From the NCBI GenBank assembly GCA_963841015.1, contig CAWJAX010000003.1, positions 320,001 through 384,000 on the forward strand: a stretch of DNA of 64,000 bases, written 5' to 3'. Under the pieces are notes generated by a model, which saw nothing but the letters and a program-made list of their open reading frames with translations, ran no database searches and was not told where the DNA came from. Positions 32,109 through 41,977 of this stretch are shown here, piece after piece (the first letter of the stretch is position 1; every line of letters starts with the position of its first letter). This DNA comes from an uncultured Methanoregulaceae archaeon (lineage in GTDB: Archaea > Halobacteriota > Methanomicrobia > Methanomicrobiales > Methanospirillaceae). The position numbers and the translations under genes were made by a program.

Positions 32109-32896
32109 TTGTGCTGCTCCAGCGCCTTTGCCGGATCCACGTTGTTATGCACCACATTGCAGAGTGCCTGGACAAACGATTTCGTGTCCTTGCGCTGGAA
32201 GGCGTTCCGGCCAACACAGACCCCGGCGCCCCCGCCATTGACCGAGTCCCGGATGATCTGGAGAGACTCGAGGTCGCCGGTCTTCTCGCCGCCGGCAATA
32301 AAGACAGGTACCGAGCAGGCTTTCACGATCTTTTTGAACGCCTCAGGGTCATTGGGGTAGTTGGTCTTGATCATGTCAGCGCCAAGCTCCTCAGCTACCC
32401 TTACAGCATGCCCGATCGACTGCGCCGAGAAGGAGTCAATCCCCTTGCCCCGCGGGTAACTCATGATAAGGAGCGGCATGCCCCAGCGGTTGCAGTCGCG
32501 TGCAACATTGGCACCGATCTCGAGCATCTTGGACTCATTGGGCGAGCCGAGGTTGATGTGAATAGAGACCGCGTCGGCGCCGAGCGCAATCGCTTCTTCA
32601 ACCGTGCAGACCTGCACCTTGTCGTTCGGATCCGGGTTGAGCGAGGTACTCCCCGAGAGATGGATGAACAGGCCGATGTCACGGCCGTGCTTCCGGTGCC
32701 CGCGCTTGACGAGCCCCTTGTGGAGCACTATCGCGTTTGCACCACCTTCGCTCACGTCCGAGATGACTTTTGTCATATCCAGCAATCCCTCGATCTGTCC
32801 CATGGAAAAACCGTGGTCCATCGGTACGATCACTGCTCTTCCCGTGTTCCGGTTTATGATCCGTTCGATCCTGATGTCCTTTCCAATCATCTTCAT
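32105..32896 (-). CDS. ADH synthase/DhnA-type class I aldolase (AroA' family), paralogue 2
   Basis: PMDHG, HLSGST, YPRG, GAD.IKT, AGG and GRN.FQ. Confidence 0.88.
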   Translation of the reverse strand: MKMIGKDIRIERIINRNTGRAVIVPMDHGFSMGQIEGLLDMTKVISDVSEGGANAIVLHKGLVKRGHRKHGRDIGLFIHLSGSTSLNPDPNDKVQVCTVEEAIALGADAVSIHINLGSPNESKMLEIGANVARDCNRWGMPLLIMSYPRGKGIDSFSAQSIGHAVRVAEELGADMIKTNYPNDPEAFKKIVKACSVPVFIAGGEKTGDLESLQIIRDSVNGGGAGVCVGRNAFQRKDTKSFVQALCNVVHNNVDPAKALEQHK

Positions 32897-33684
32897 TCCT
32901 CCAGAATTTTCAGTGCTTCCTCTACGCTCTTGTTTGCATGCACGATACAGGCCGCTGCCCGGACGAACTTAGCCGGGTTCTTGTGCTGGAATGCGTTCCG
33001 GCCAATCGAGATGCCTGCTGCGCCTCCGGCCATCGCGCCTTCTATCAGTTCCAGGGTTGTGCGGTCATCGGTCTTTGAACCTCCGGCCACCACGACCGGT
33101 ACCGGACAGCCCCGGGTGACCTCACGGAAGCTCTCCGGGTCACCGGTATACACGGTCTTGACAATATCAGCCCCGAGCTCTGCTGCTACCCGTGCCGCGA
33201 GTTTCACGTTCTCCGTATCGTTCTCCGCTTTCACCTTCTTTCCCCGAGGGTACATCATGGCAAGGAGCGGCATGCCCCACTCCATGCACTCAACCGCGAC
33301 CACGCCAAAGTCGGCGAGCATCCGGGCCTCCGATTCGGCTCCGATATTCACGTGGATCGAGACCCCGTCCGCACCCATCTTCAGGGCATTCTGTACCGAG
33401 TTCACGAGCACTTTCTCGTTCGGGTCCGGCCCGAGCGAGGTGCTCGCGGACAGGTGCAGGATTAATCCTATGTCCCTCCCACCCTGCCGGTGGCCGTGGA
33501 GCGCGAGCCCCATGTGCCCTATCACGCAGTTCGCCCCGCCGTCCGCAACCAGGTTCACAGTCTGGCCCATATCGATAAGCCCGGGAATCGGCCCGTTCGT
33601 AACCCCGTGGTCCATGGGCACGATGACGGTTTTTTTCGTATTACGGTTCATGATTCGTTCAAGACGGATTTCCTTTCCTCTCAT
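32893..33684 (-). CDS. ADH synthase/DhnA-type class I aldolase (AroA' family), paralogue 1; first operon gene
   Basis: PMDHG, HLSAST, MMYPRG and GADIVKT; ATG 33684 is preceded by GGAGGAG. Confidence 0.9.
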   Translation of the reverse strand: MRGKEIRLERIMNRNTKKTVIVPMDHGVTNGPIPGLIDMGQTVNLVADGGANCVIGHMGLALHGHRQGGRDIGLILHLSASTSLGPDPNEKVLVNSVQNALKMGADGVSIHVNIGAESEARMLADFGVVAVECMEWGMPLLAMMYPRGKKVKAENDTENVKLAARVAAELGADIVKTVYTGDPESFREVTRGCPVPVVVAGGSKTDDRTTLELIEGAMAGGAAGISIGRNAFQHKNPAKFVRAAACIVHANKSVEEALKILEE

Positions 33685-33747
33685 GGTAACAACAACTCCT
33701 CCCCCTGCATTCACACAGATTTTAATTTTTAGTGCAAACCAGAGGGC

Positions 33748-33909
33748 TTACCGGTACCAGAAAAAATACCGGAAATAATAGCTGGAATAAATGCCAAAGT
33801 CGCGATACGCGGACGTACCTGCGTTCACGATTTCAGAAACGGTTGCTTCGATGCAGTGGGCGGGTGAACTAGTTGAGATAAAGACATTCACGGGCAAAAA
33901 AACCCTCAT
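33748..33909 (-). CDS. Putative aromatic-amino-acid-rich leader peptide (53 aa)
   Basis: Hand translation MRVFLPVNVFISTSSPAHCIEATVSEIVNAGTSAYRDFGIYSSYYFRYFFWYR*. The stop lies 63 nt before the first aro gene; start uncertain. Confidence 0.7.
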   Translation of the reverse strand: MRVFLPVNVFISTSSPAHCIEATVSEIVNAGTSAYRDFGIYSSYYFRYFFWYR

Positions 33910-33956
33910 GAATGCGGTGGCACTCGTCCTGCATGATCTTTTGTATGATGTGCTTT

Positions 33957-33987
33957 GTATTTAACTATGTGTGCTACAGTGTAGCAC
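33957..33987 (-). promoter_or_regulatory. Putative aro operon promoter: TATA-like box plus perfect palindrome
   Basis: TTAAATAC on the minus strand (33964-33957); GTGCTACA-G-TGTAGCAC at 33971-33987. Confidence 0.55.
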
Positions 33988-34261
33988 GGTCGAAGTGTGA
34001 ATAAATAGATATGGTTTTTGTCTAAGGACATTGGAAAAAAATTTCAATCTTTTTTTAGGAGAAAATCTAATATGAATAAAACCTACTGAATGAATCAAAG
34101 CGGTCAGACACATGGGATGCATAGGGAAATAAAAAACCTGTGACTTCTCAATATTTCGCACATTTTTTTTCAGAACCGGAATCCATGCTGCAATGAAATT
34201 GAAGACAGGGCCGGTTTCGAATCCGGTTCCGGGTCCACCCCCCACGCATACTCATGAATCC

Positions 34262-34891
34262 CTACCGTTGCGGCAGGGATCCCATCAGGGCATAGAAATA
34301 CTCAGGCTGCCGGGTGGTGAAAAGACCGTGCCAGGCTTCGAGCGTTGCAGGTGCCATGACATCAAGACTCCGAAATATATGGTACGCGAACTCTAATGGT
34401 GCAAGTCCGCTTGCAGTGATGAGATTGCCGCCAGTCACTGCGGGTTCGTTCACATAATAATTCTCGCCACGGTAGTTCGGGCAGAACATTTTCAGGGCTG
34501 TAGGATCGTTGCTGGTATGCGGGCGTTTGTCCAGCAGGCCCGCGTTTGCAAGGCCAAGCGTCGCACCGCAGATAGCGGCAACAAGTATTCCTTCATCAAG
34601 CAACCGGCCTGCCACCTTGAGGGTGGGCACCTGTGCCGTATCAAGCCAGGTATCTGCTCCCGTCAGCACGAGCACGTCGCCAAGTACCGGGTGGATATCC
34701 CTTATGAGAACTTCCGGCGTCAAATGCAACCCGCCCATGGTGGTCACTGGGTCTGATGTACTGCCGCACAGTACAACAGAATACCTGAGCGCCGGATCTT
34801 TCAGGTAACGTCCGGAGCGGAGCTCGGCCGTGACATGGCCCGGTTCCCAATCGGAAAGGGTATCGAGGATATAGAGATAGAGTGTGCGCAT
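34262..34891 (-). CDS. DJ-1/PfpI family protein
   Basis: DWE, T.GGL, AAICGA, HTSN and LITASG. Confidence 0.88.
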   Translation of the reverse strand: MRTLYLYILDTLSDWEPGHVTAELRSGRYLKDPALRYSVVLCGSTSDPVTTMGGLHLTPEVLIRDIHPVLGDVLVLTGADTWLDTAQVPTLKVAGRLLDEGILVAAICGATLGLANAGLLDKRPHTSNDPTALKMFCPNYRGENYYVNEPAVTGGNLITASGLAPLEFAYHIFRSLDVMAPATLEAWHGLFTTRQPEYFYALMGSLPQR

Positions 34892-35339
34892 GATTCACCA
34901 GTATAGATTATTGAACGGGATTGAGATATCTCTACTCCTTATGTTTCATCCCCATTCGCTTCCCAGTGCCTTTTGATCCGGCAACTGACTGCAGCACTAT
35001 AAGGAGTTACCAGGATCGTCAAATTAATTCTTCCCCTTTCTCTCCTTCCCTCATTCAACTCATGCACCAGTTATCCTTAATCAAAAATTTTTAAAACACA
35101 TACAGGATTTTTTTGTCAGTGTTCATCTCCCAGGGACGAATGAGGAATAGGACAGCCCGGTGAATCAAAGACCTGGTGATTGAGGATCCGTGAAAAGGGA
35201 TTCCTTTCAGCTGTACCAGGTGCATGACGACCATCATCACACCAGACTGATCGGCAGGAAAATATTCCCCTGAATGGCTGAGGGGCGAACCGGAGTTGGC
35301 ATCCCCGGCCCATCCCCCATCCACTATGTTTTTATCCGC

Positions 35340-36401
35340 ATGAGTGAGAATACAGCGTTGAGTACATCCTCCATGTGGGAGATTGCAGTAATTACGGTAC
35401 TTCTGGCGTTTGCGTTTACCTTCACCAATGGTTTTCAGGATGCCAGTTCAATTGCTGCGACATTCATTGCTTCACGTTCGGCATCACCAAAAAACGGCAT
35501 CATCTTTATTGCAGGTGTGTCCCTGCTCGGGGCGATCCTTGGGGGGAGCGCCGTCGCCTTCACCATTTCGGGTCTCCTTATCCTTCCTTCAGATGAACAA
35601 ACCCTGCTTGTCCTCCTTATCGGACTTCTGACTGCAACCATCTGGAACCTCATCACCTGGAAATACGGTCTTCCTTCCTCATCCACGCAATCCCTGATCG
35701 GGGGGCTGGTCGGTGCAGGCATTGCAGCTGCCGGAATTGGGGGGATTTACTGGGGTTTTGAAGAGCTTGTTAATCCTCCGTATGAATTAACAGGTTTTGT
35801 CAAGATCCTATTCTTTTTTGGTATTTCCATCGTGATCGGTTTTGTCGGGAGTTTTATGATGCACAGGTGCACGGGTTTCATCCTCCGCAATGCAGAGAGA
35901 ACGGTAAACAAATCGATAATTTTCTTCAACTGGTGCGCTGCCGGGATCATGGCTTTTTCAAACGGGGCAAACGATTCACAGAAACAGCTGGGTATTATCG
36001 CTCTTGCCCTCTTTGCTGCCGGGCTGTCAACGGCTGCAGAAGTGCCGTTCTGGGCCCGGGTTACCTGTGCAATCCTCATCGCTGCAGGAACACTGAGCGG
36101 GGGATGGCGTATCATGAACACGCTGGGACGCAGGATTTTTAAAATTGAACCCATCCACTCATTTGATTCACAGGTCTTTTCGTCCGCATCCATTGCCGTT
36201 TCAACCCTGGCCGGGGCACCGGTATCATCCACCCAGATCATCACCATGTCAGTACTCGGGGTGGGCGCAGCGGAGAATCCAAGGAAAGTGAAATGGTCAA
36301 CAGGAACTCACATTCTCATAGCCATGATTATTACCATCCCCGTCACCATGGTGATGTCAGCTGCCCTGTATCTGTTCATTTTCCCTTTTATTGGAGTGTG
36401 A
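35340..36401 (+). CDS. PiT-family inorganic phosphate transporter
   Basis: NGFQD, GLPSSST, NGANDSQK and PVSSTQ. Confidence 0.92.
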   Translation: MSENTALSTSSMWEIAVITVLLAFAFTFTNGFQDASSIAATFIASRSASPKNGIIFIAGVSLLGAILGGSAVAFTISGLLILPSDEQTLLVLLIGLLTATIWNLITWKYGLPSSSTQSLIGGLVGAGIAAAGIGGIYWGFEELVNPPYELTGFVKILFFFGISIVIGFVGSFMMHRCTGFILRNAERTVNKSIIFFNWCAAGIMAFSNGANDSQKQLGIIALALFAAGLSTAAEVPFWARVTCAILIAAGTLSGGWRIMNTLGRRIFKIEPIHSFDSQVFSSASIAVSTLAGAPVSSTQIITMSVLGVGAAENPRKVKWSTGTHILIAMIITIPVTMVMSAALYLFIFPFIGV

Positions 36402-36407
36402 TTAACG

Positions 36408-37073
36408 ATGGTTACCGATAACATAAAACAGCATACAGATCCCGAGGTGAAGAAAAAAAAGAACCCATTCTTTGAAATTTTCCCCCGGGAGTATGATTTT
36501 GAATCGATGCTTTCCCTCCAGTCAGAAATGACGGTATCTGGTGTGAAGGCATTTATCGTATTGCTGGAGACCCGTCCCCTTTCAGATCCCCACGAACTGC
36601 AACGCATAGAAACCGAAGTGGACATCATGCGCAAGGATCTGGAGGAGAAACTGATCAAATCATTTTCCACACCGTTTGACCGGCAGGATATCTTCAGTAT
36701 TTCCCGACAGATGGATTACATCCTCAACTTCTCCAATGAAACGGTAAAAGAAATGTATGCTTTCGGGGTGCAACCGGATCCTTCAATACTGGCAATGGCA
36801 AGATACCTGCTGAGCGGGACTGAGTGTATCTCCCGGGGGATCAGGAATATCACCTCGGATAAAACCGCAGTGGAAGCAGAGATCCGTCATGCCCGTGATG
36901 CGTATCACAGAATTGAAGAGGTGTATATCGCCGGCATGACCGAACTATTGAAAACGACCGACGCGATGAATGCCTTGCGGACGCGGGAGATCTACCACCA
37001 CCTCCGGGATGCAGGGCGGGCGATGCGGGATACGCTGGATATCCTGCACAATGCGGTTATTGATCTGGCTTAA
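36408..37073 (+). CDS. DUF47/PhoU-like phosphate transport regulator
   Basis: L..SFSTPFDRQDI motif; directly after pit. Confidence 0.88.
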   Translation: MVTDNIKQHTDPEVKKKKNPFFEIFPREYDFESMLSLQSEMTVSGVKAFIVLLETRPLSDPHELQRIETEVDIMRKDLEEKLIKSFSTPFDRQDIFSISRQMDYILNFSNETVKEMYAFGVQPDPSILAMARYLLSGTECISRGIRNITSDKTAVEAEIRHARDAYHRIEEVYIAGMTELLKTTDAMNALRTREIYHHLRDAGRAMRDTLDILHNAVIDLA

Positions 37074-37098
37074 AAAGAGTTGATTTTTCCAGGTATTG

Positions 37099-37611
37099 TT
37101 ATTTTTTTACTTTCCTGATAATGGTCAGATCACCGAGCGTGGGAGTGAGTTTACTCTGAACCTTCTTTTCTGATTCCGGGACAGGGGCATCGATGAGGCG
37201 AATCTCAAGAACTTTCTCCAGTTTTTTGCGTACGGCTTCCTCAGGGATCAATTCACTGTTCTCAATCTTTTTGATGAGATGTTCACGTTCCTTGATCTGC
37301 ATGGCCAGATCTTTTGCAGAGAGCCCTTTTTCCATCCGTGCTTTTCTTATGCGGGCTGCATAATCCTCAACGATCTCTCCTTCCATGTAATCAAAGAGAT
37401 CCCGTTTTCTCCGGTCAACAGGAACTACGGTCGTCGGTGTTTTTCCCGGTCGGGGTGCTGCAGTGCTCGGGCGTGCAATATCTGCACGCCGTACCTGCTG
37501 CACTTCAGTGCCGAATTTCTCGCACTTGGTGCAGACCTGCAGTTCGGCACCCTCGACCCGAACTAATTTGGCGGCGCCCCGAATCGTTTCTCCACACATT
37601 TCACACTGCAT
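37099..37611 (-). CDS. mbf1: Archaeal multiprotein bridging factor 1
   Basis: CEMCG..C..C..FG zinc ribbon, HTH and TLGD. Confidence 0.9.
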   Translation of the reverse strand: MQCEMCGETIRGAAKLVRVEGAELQVCTKCEKFGTEVQQVRRADIARPSTAAPRPGKTPTTVVPVDRRKRDLFDYMEGEIVEDYAARIRKARMEKGLSAKDLAMQIKEREHLIKKIENSELIPEEAVRKKLEKVLEIRLIDAPVPESEKKVQSKLTPTLGDLTIIRKVKK

Positions 37612-37665
37612 ATTCTCACAAACACTTTATATGCAGTTTCCCTATATAGCTATTTGAGAAACGAG

Positions 37666-38976
37666 ATGGGAGACATCCTCCACCAATCACCGGAACCTCA
37701 GACGCCAGAGGAGCTCTACCGATTGTACCGCACACTTTCGGAACAGCTTCGCGGACAACTGAGCCAGATCGAAAACGACAAGCATGAACTCGAGATACAG
37801 ATGATGGATCGGGTGGGAAACCTTGAATCCCGCAATCTTGAACTCCGCGAGCAGTTACGGCAGGTTGAAGCGGACAAACGGTATATCGAGACCCAGAAGA
37901 TCCGCTACGAACGTGAAGTCCGGAAACTCAAGAGTGAAAGCGAGCAGCTTCGCAGCCCGCCCCTGATCATCGGTACTATCACCGATGTAGTCGATGCTTC
38001 CCGTGTCATTGTGAGGAGCAGTGCCGGCCCGCGTTTCCTGGTACGGAGTTCTCCCTCCATCAGTGCTGAAGAGATCAAGCCCGGTGTCCGGTGTACGCTT
38101 AACCAGCAGTCGCTTGCTATCGTTGAGCTGCTGCCAACCAGCTTTGATGCGCAGATCTATGGCATGGAACTGGTGGATTCCCCGCAGGAAACCTATGCAG
38201 ATATCGGCGGTCTTGAGGTCCAGATCAACGAGATAAAAGAGGCAGTCGAACTCCCGCTGAAGCGTCCTGAACTTTTCCTCAGGATTGGAATTGATCCCCC
38301 AAAAGGTGTACTGCTCCATGGACCGCCGGGTACAGGAAAGACGTTGCTGGCAAAAGCTGTTGCCCATGAAACCAACGCTCATTTCATGCGGGTGGTAGGA
38401 TCCGAGCTCGTGCAGAAATATATTGGTGAAGGGGCACGACTCGTCCGCGAGCTCTTCGATCTTGCCAGGAAAAAAGCCCCGACCATTATCTTCATCGATG
38501 AAATTGATGCAGTAGGCGCATCACGCTCTGAGGCAAACACCTCCGGCGACCGTGAAGTACAGCGAACGCTCATGCAACTCCTGGCAGGTATGGACGGATT
38601 TGAGAACCGGGGGGATGTGAAGATTATCGGCGCAACAAACCGCATCGACATCCTTGACAGGGCATTACTCCGTCCCGGTCGGTTTGACAGGATTATCGAG
38701 ATACCGCTTCCGGATGAAACAGGACGGTTGTCAATCCTGAAGGTCCATTGCCGGGCATTGACCATTGAAGAGAATGTTGACCTCGGTGAAGTCGCACGGC
38801 AGACGGACGGCAAGAACGGTGCAGACCTTCGGGCAATCTGTATGGAAGCCGGTATGTTTGCGATCAGGAAAGATCGCCCGGCTATTACCCAGGAAGATTT
38901 CCTTGCCGCAATAGCCAAAATACGTCTGGATTTCAACCGCGGTACGGCTGATGTTGAAGGCGCTATGTTTGCATAA
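37666..38976 (+). CDS. pan: Proteasome-activating nucleotidase
   Basis: Coiled coil, PPL OB fold, [22 protein letters not shown] and C-terminal MFA (HbYX-like). Confidence 0.95.
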   Translation: MGDILHQSPEPQTPEELYRLYRTLSEQLRGQLSQIENDKHELEIQMMDRVGNLESRNLELREQLRQVEADKRYIETQKIRYEREVRKLKSESEQLRSPPLIIGTITDVVDASRVIVRSSAGPRFLVRSSPSISAEEIKPGVRCTLNQQSLAIVELLPTSFDAQIYGMELVDSPQETYADIGGLEVQINEIKEAVELPLKRPELFLRIGIDPPKGVLLHGPPGTGKTLLAKAVAHETNAHFMRVVGSELVQKYIGEGARLVRELFDLARKKAPTIIFIDEIDAVGASRSEANTSGDREVQRTLMQLLAGMDGFENRGDVKIIGATNRIDILDRALLRPGRFDRIIEIPLPDETGRLSILKVHCRALTIEENVDLGEVARQTDGKNGADLRAICMEAGMFAIRKDRPAITQEDFLAAIAKIRLDFNRGTADVEGAMFA

Positions 38977-39018
38977 GGACTTTTTTCCTTTTTTCTGACA
39001 AATCTCACAGGTATCACG

Positions 39019-39390
39019 ATGCCGGACGAGAACCATTCCAATGATTGCGATTCTCAAAAGAACGATGCACCCCCACCGGAGGATGGTTTCCTGACAATGG
39101 TTCCTGTAGGTATGACCCTGGAGAATATTATTGATCGTACCGGAGAACTTGAACACTTAAACGAACTGGTTATGCTCCAGCTCAATAAAGCAGGGGGATT
39201 CACGTGTACTGAATCTTATTTTTCGCTTGTGCAGCCACTTCTGGATCTGCTTGAAGTCGAGATCCGGCTCCGATACTATCATGGGATGTCTGACCAGGAG
39301 ATGAAACTCCTTGTCCAGGACTGGATAGACAGAGAGATTGCGGAATTGAGAAAAACATGCGATGTGCAGGACCCGTTCACTCAACGGTGA
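39019..39390 (+). CDS. Hypothetical protein
   Basis: Acidic, helical 123-aa ORF with plausible composition downstream of pan. Confidence 0.6.
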   Translation: MPDENHSNDCDSQKNDAPPPEDGFLTMVPVGMTLENIIDRTGELEHLNELVMLQLNKAGGFTCTESYFSLVQPLLDLLEVEIRLRYYHGMSDQEMKLLVQDWIDREIAELRKTCDVQDPFTQR

Positions 39391-40027
39391 TGGGGGTCTG
39401 AAAACTCATTTAGGATCCCGTTTTGGTTTTTTTCATCGCTTCGACATTTGATAAAATAAAGGTGATTTGGCACATCCAATACACGGAAGAATTGTGAAAT
39501 TTTTTTCCCGTTGTTGTGCTTCTTCAAAGTTTTCAATTTCAAGGAAGCATGATTGGTTGATTGGGCGGAAACCTTCATTCCCTGGTGCGGTGATGAAACC
39601 GATAATATCGTCAGACAACATATCCCGGGAACCTATAAGGGGTACTACTCCCCCAAGGGTAAAATAAGCCCGTTTCGGGCTCCGTTTGCTCTTTTTTCGT
39701 GCCCGGAAAACCCCGCAAAACGCTCCGATAGTATCTGGTCCAGAAATCCGACAATTGAGGGTTATTTGAACAAAAAAACACCATATTGGCCTCAAATTCC
39801 TGAGCCTGGAAGCTGCGTGGGTTTTGATCCTGAGCCTGCTTTGGCCTGTCATGGTCGGGATCGGCCACGCAAAGGGCATTGGCGGCCTCGAAAAAAGGGA
39901 TCGAAACAGGCGAATATTCAGGAATATTTTCGCTAAATAACCGTGATTTCGAGTTATTTTGGAACGACAGCGAGGAAATGGATGATAATAAAAGAGGATT
40001 TTTTGGCTCGGGAGAATTCCTTTTCCA

Positions 40028-40213
40028 TTGATATGAAATTCAAGATGTTGGTACTAGAGTAGGAGGGGACAGTACCTGTCCCCCCATACCGCCCCTGTGC
40101 TGAGCGGATGATGACGGAGCACCTGTTCGGGAGTTATCGCATAGGGGGAGCAACAGCGGAGGAGATGAAACCCCCCTGAGCGTTTCAGCTTGTAATTGAG
40201 CATTTCTCCAGAG
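40028..40213 (+). repeat. Intergenic repeat module A, copy 4
   Basis: Full-length match to copies 1 and 3. Confidence 0.9.
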
Positions 40214-40289
40214 CAGATATTTTGGCATGGTGGGCAGAGAGGAGGGTTCTTTCCGGCCATTTCCTGCCCAGGAAAAAACCAAAATACTA

Positions 40290-41495
40290 TCAGATCCATC
40301 CGGTAAAAAATGCCCACATATTCTGAAGTCCCGTCGAGATAACAACACGGGGATCAATTCCCAGAACCGGGAAGACGAAAATGAAATAGAGGACTGTCCC
40401 TAAGAGGCTGCCGAGATTTGCGAGAGCAGCAACGAGAACAACCCGGAAGAGCGGGATTTTTGCCATATCGGTCAGGGACTCGGCTTCATAGATCTTCCTG
40501 AAGTCTGTGACCGGAGGTTTTCTCACCCTGGCCTCGACATATGCACCAATCCAGCCGGCGTGGATCATGGGGTTTAGGGAAGTAAACCATGCTACGCAGA
40601 AAACGGTAAGCGCTGTGTAGGGATGTCCGCCCGCAAGGAGCGTGAAGACTGCTGCAAGCACCCCGTGAATGATTACCCAGAAAAGGAACGCATACAGCAG
40701 CACCTCCCAGCCGACACCGGAAAAAGCGATCGCCGCGAGAAGCAGGAAAAAAACCGCTGATACACCGAACCCGAACACTTTGCCCCAGGGGAATGATTTT
40801 GGTTCCCGGGTAAGCGGTTCGAAAGGAGGAAGGGTTGCCGGGTTATCAAGGTAATTTGCTATCCCCTGCCGGTGGCCGGCACCAACAACCGCGAGGATAC
40901 GCCCTTCTGGTCGCTGGGCTTTCAGGAGGATGAGCTGGTGTGCGATGAAAGCATCCCGCTCATCAATCAATGCACGGGCACCATTGGGGGAGAACTTCCG
41001 GAATTCCTCCATGACTGCATCGATCACATTTTGTTCCTTGAGCGATTCGATATCAATCTCCTGACCATTGTCAATTTCAGCAATTGACGCGATGAGGGCC
41101 CAGAACATCTTAATTTTTTCAAAAAAACCCAGAGAACTCCAGAAGCGTAAAAGCGTGAGGCGTATATCCCGGTCTACCAGAGCGAGGGGAATGCCCCGCT
41201 GCTCTGCCTCATCAATGGCAATTTTCATCTCAGCCCCGGGTTCAACACCGACATCGATGCCGATCTTGCGCTGGAGGTAGGCAAGCAGCCACTGAACGAG
41301 GAGCGAATTGAAGTTCTTCACTTCTAGCACATCGTTTACCGAAGGGTCCCGGGCCTGCTTTTTTAATGCGGTAAATCGCGATGTATCGAGTTCAATGGCC
41401 ACAACATCCGGCCTGAAATCCCCGATTGCTGCCCGCACTTCATCGACACTCTGCTGCGAGACATGTGCTGTCCCGATGATCTTTATCTCTGCCAT
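40290..41495 (-). CDS. TraB/PrgY/GumN family protein
   Basis: IGTAHVS, ELD..R, PGAEM, DRDI, LIDERD, VVGAGH and a C-terminal TM region. Confidence 0.9.
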   Translation of the reverse strand: MAEIKIIGTAHVSQQSVDEVRAAIGDFRPDVVAIELDTSRFTALKKQARDPSVNDVLEVKNFNSLLVQWLLAYLQRKIGIDVGVEPGAEMKIAIDEAEQRGIPLALVDRDIRLTLLRFWSSLGFFEKIKMFWALIASIAEIDNGQEIDIESLKEQNVIDAVMEEFRKFSPNGARALIDERDAFIAHQLILLKAQRPEGRILAVVGAGHRQGIANYLDNPATLPPFEPLTREPKSFPWGKVFGFGVSAVFFLLLAAIAFSGVGWEVLLYAFLFWVIIHGVLAAVFTLLAGGHPYTALTVFCVAWFTSLNPMIHAGWIGAYVEARVRKPPVTDFRKIYEAESLTDMAKIPLFRVVLVAALANLGSLLGTVLYFIFVFPVLGIDPRVVISTGLQNMWAFFTGWI

Positions 41496-41977
41496 CGATC
41501 TCCGTTATGCCTTTATTATCTGTGCTTCATCCACATTAAGGATGATGGGGGGATAGTGGTGCAGATTTTTTTAAAGGTAATTCCCCGCGCAGGAAAAATT
41601 GACAATGCGATTATGTCGGGGGTACGGCGAGGGGTAGTACTGGAATAAAAGTCATGGAAGGATTCTTACCCTGTCTGTGTTTTTTTCGGGTTACCGCTTT
41701 TTTAAGGAATCATACGGAAAAATACCCGCTGTTCCACTATTGAATGGTGTGAGACCAGATCTTCGTCTCCTGTTTTTTTCAGAACTGATAGTATTGCGAT
41801 GACCCATAAGTTATGAGCGTTATTCAGCGCGTAATATCTTTTTTTTAATCTTTTTACAGGGTCGTGTATTTTCGGATTTTTGTGATTCACTTATTTCTAT
41901 ATAAAAATTTGATTTTTATTTTCAGCATAACATTTATTATATAGTGATAGGAGTATTCAATCAGAGGTATTGTAACT

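Noticed and set aside
32111-33778. 555-aa plus-strand ORF and other long antisense ORFs over the aro genes
   Set aside because: Shadow frames of GC3-rich genuine genes, with no recognisable motifs.
39433-39936. Overlapping ORFs between the pan region and traB
   Set aside because: No motifs, atypical composition and competing frames; no call is supportable.
40040-40357. Short ORFs within repeat copies (also 7965-8150, 57433-57746)
   Set aside because: Reading frames are not conserved between repeat copies.
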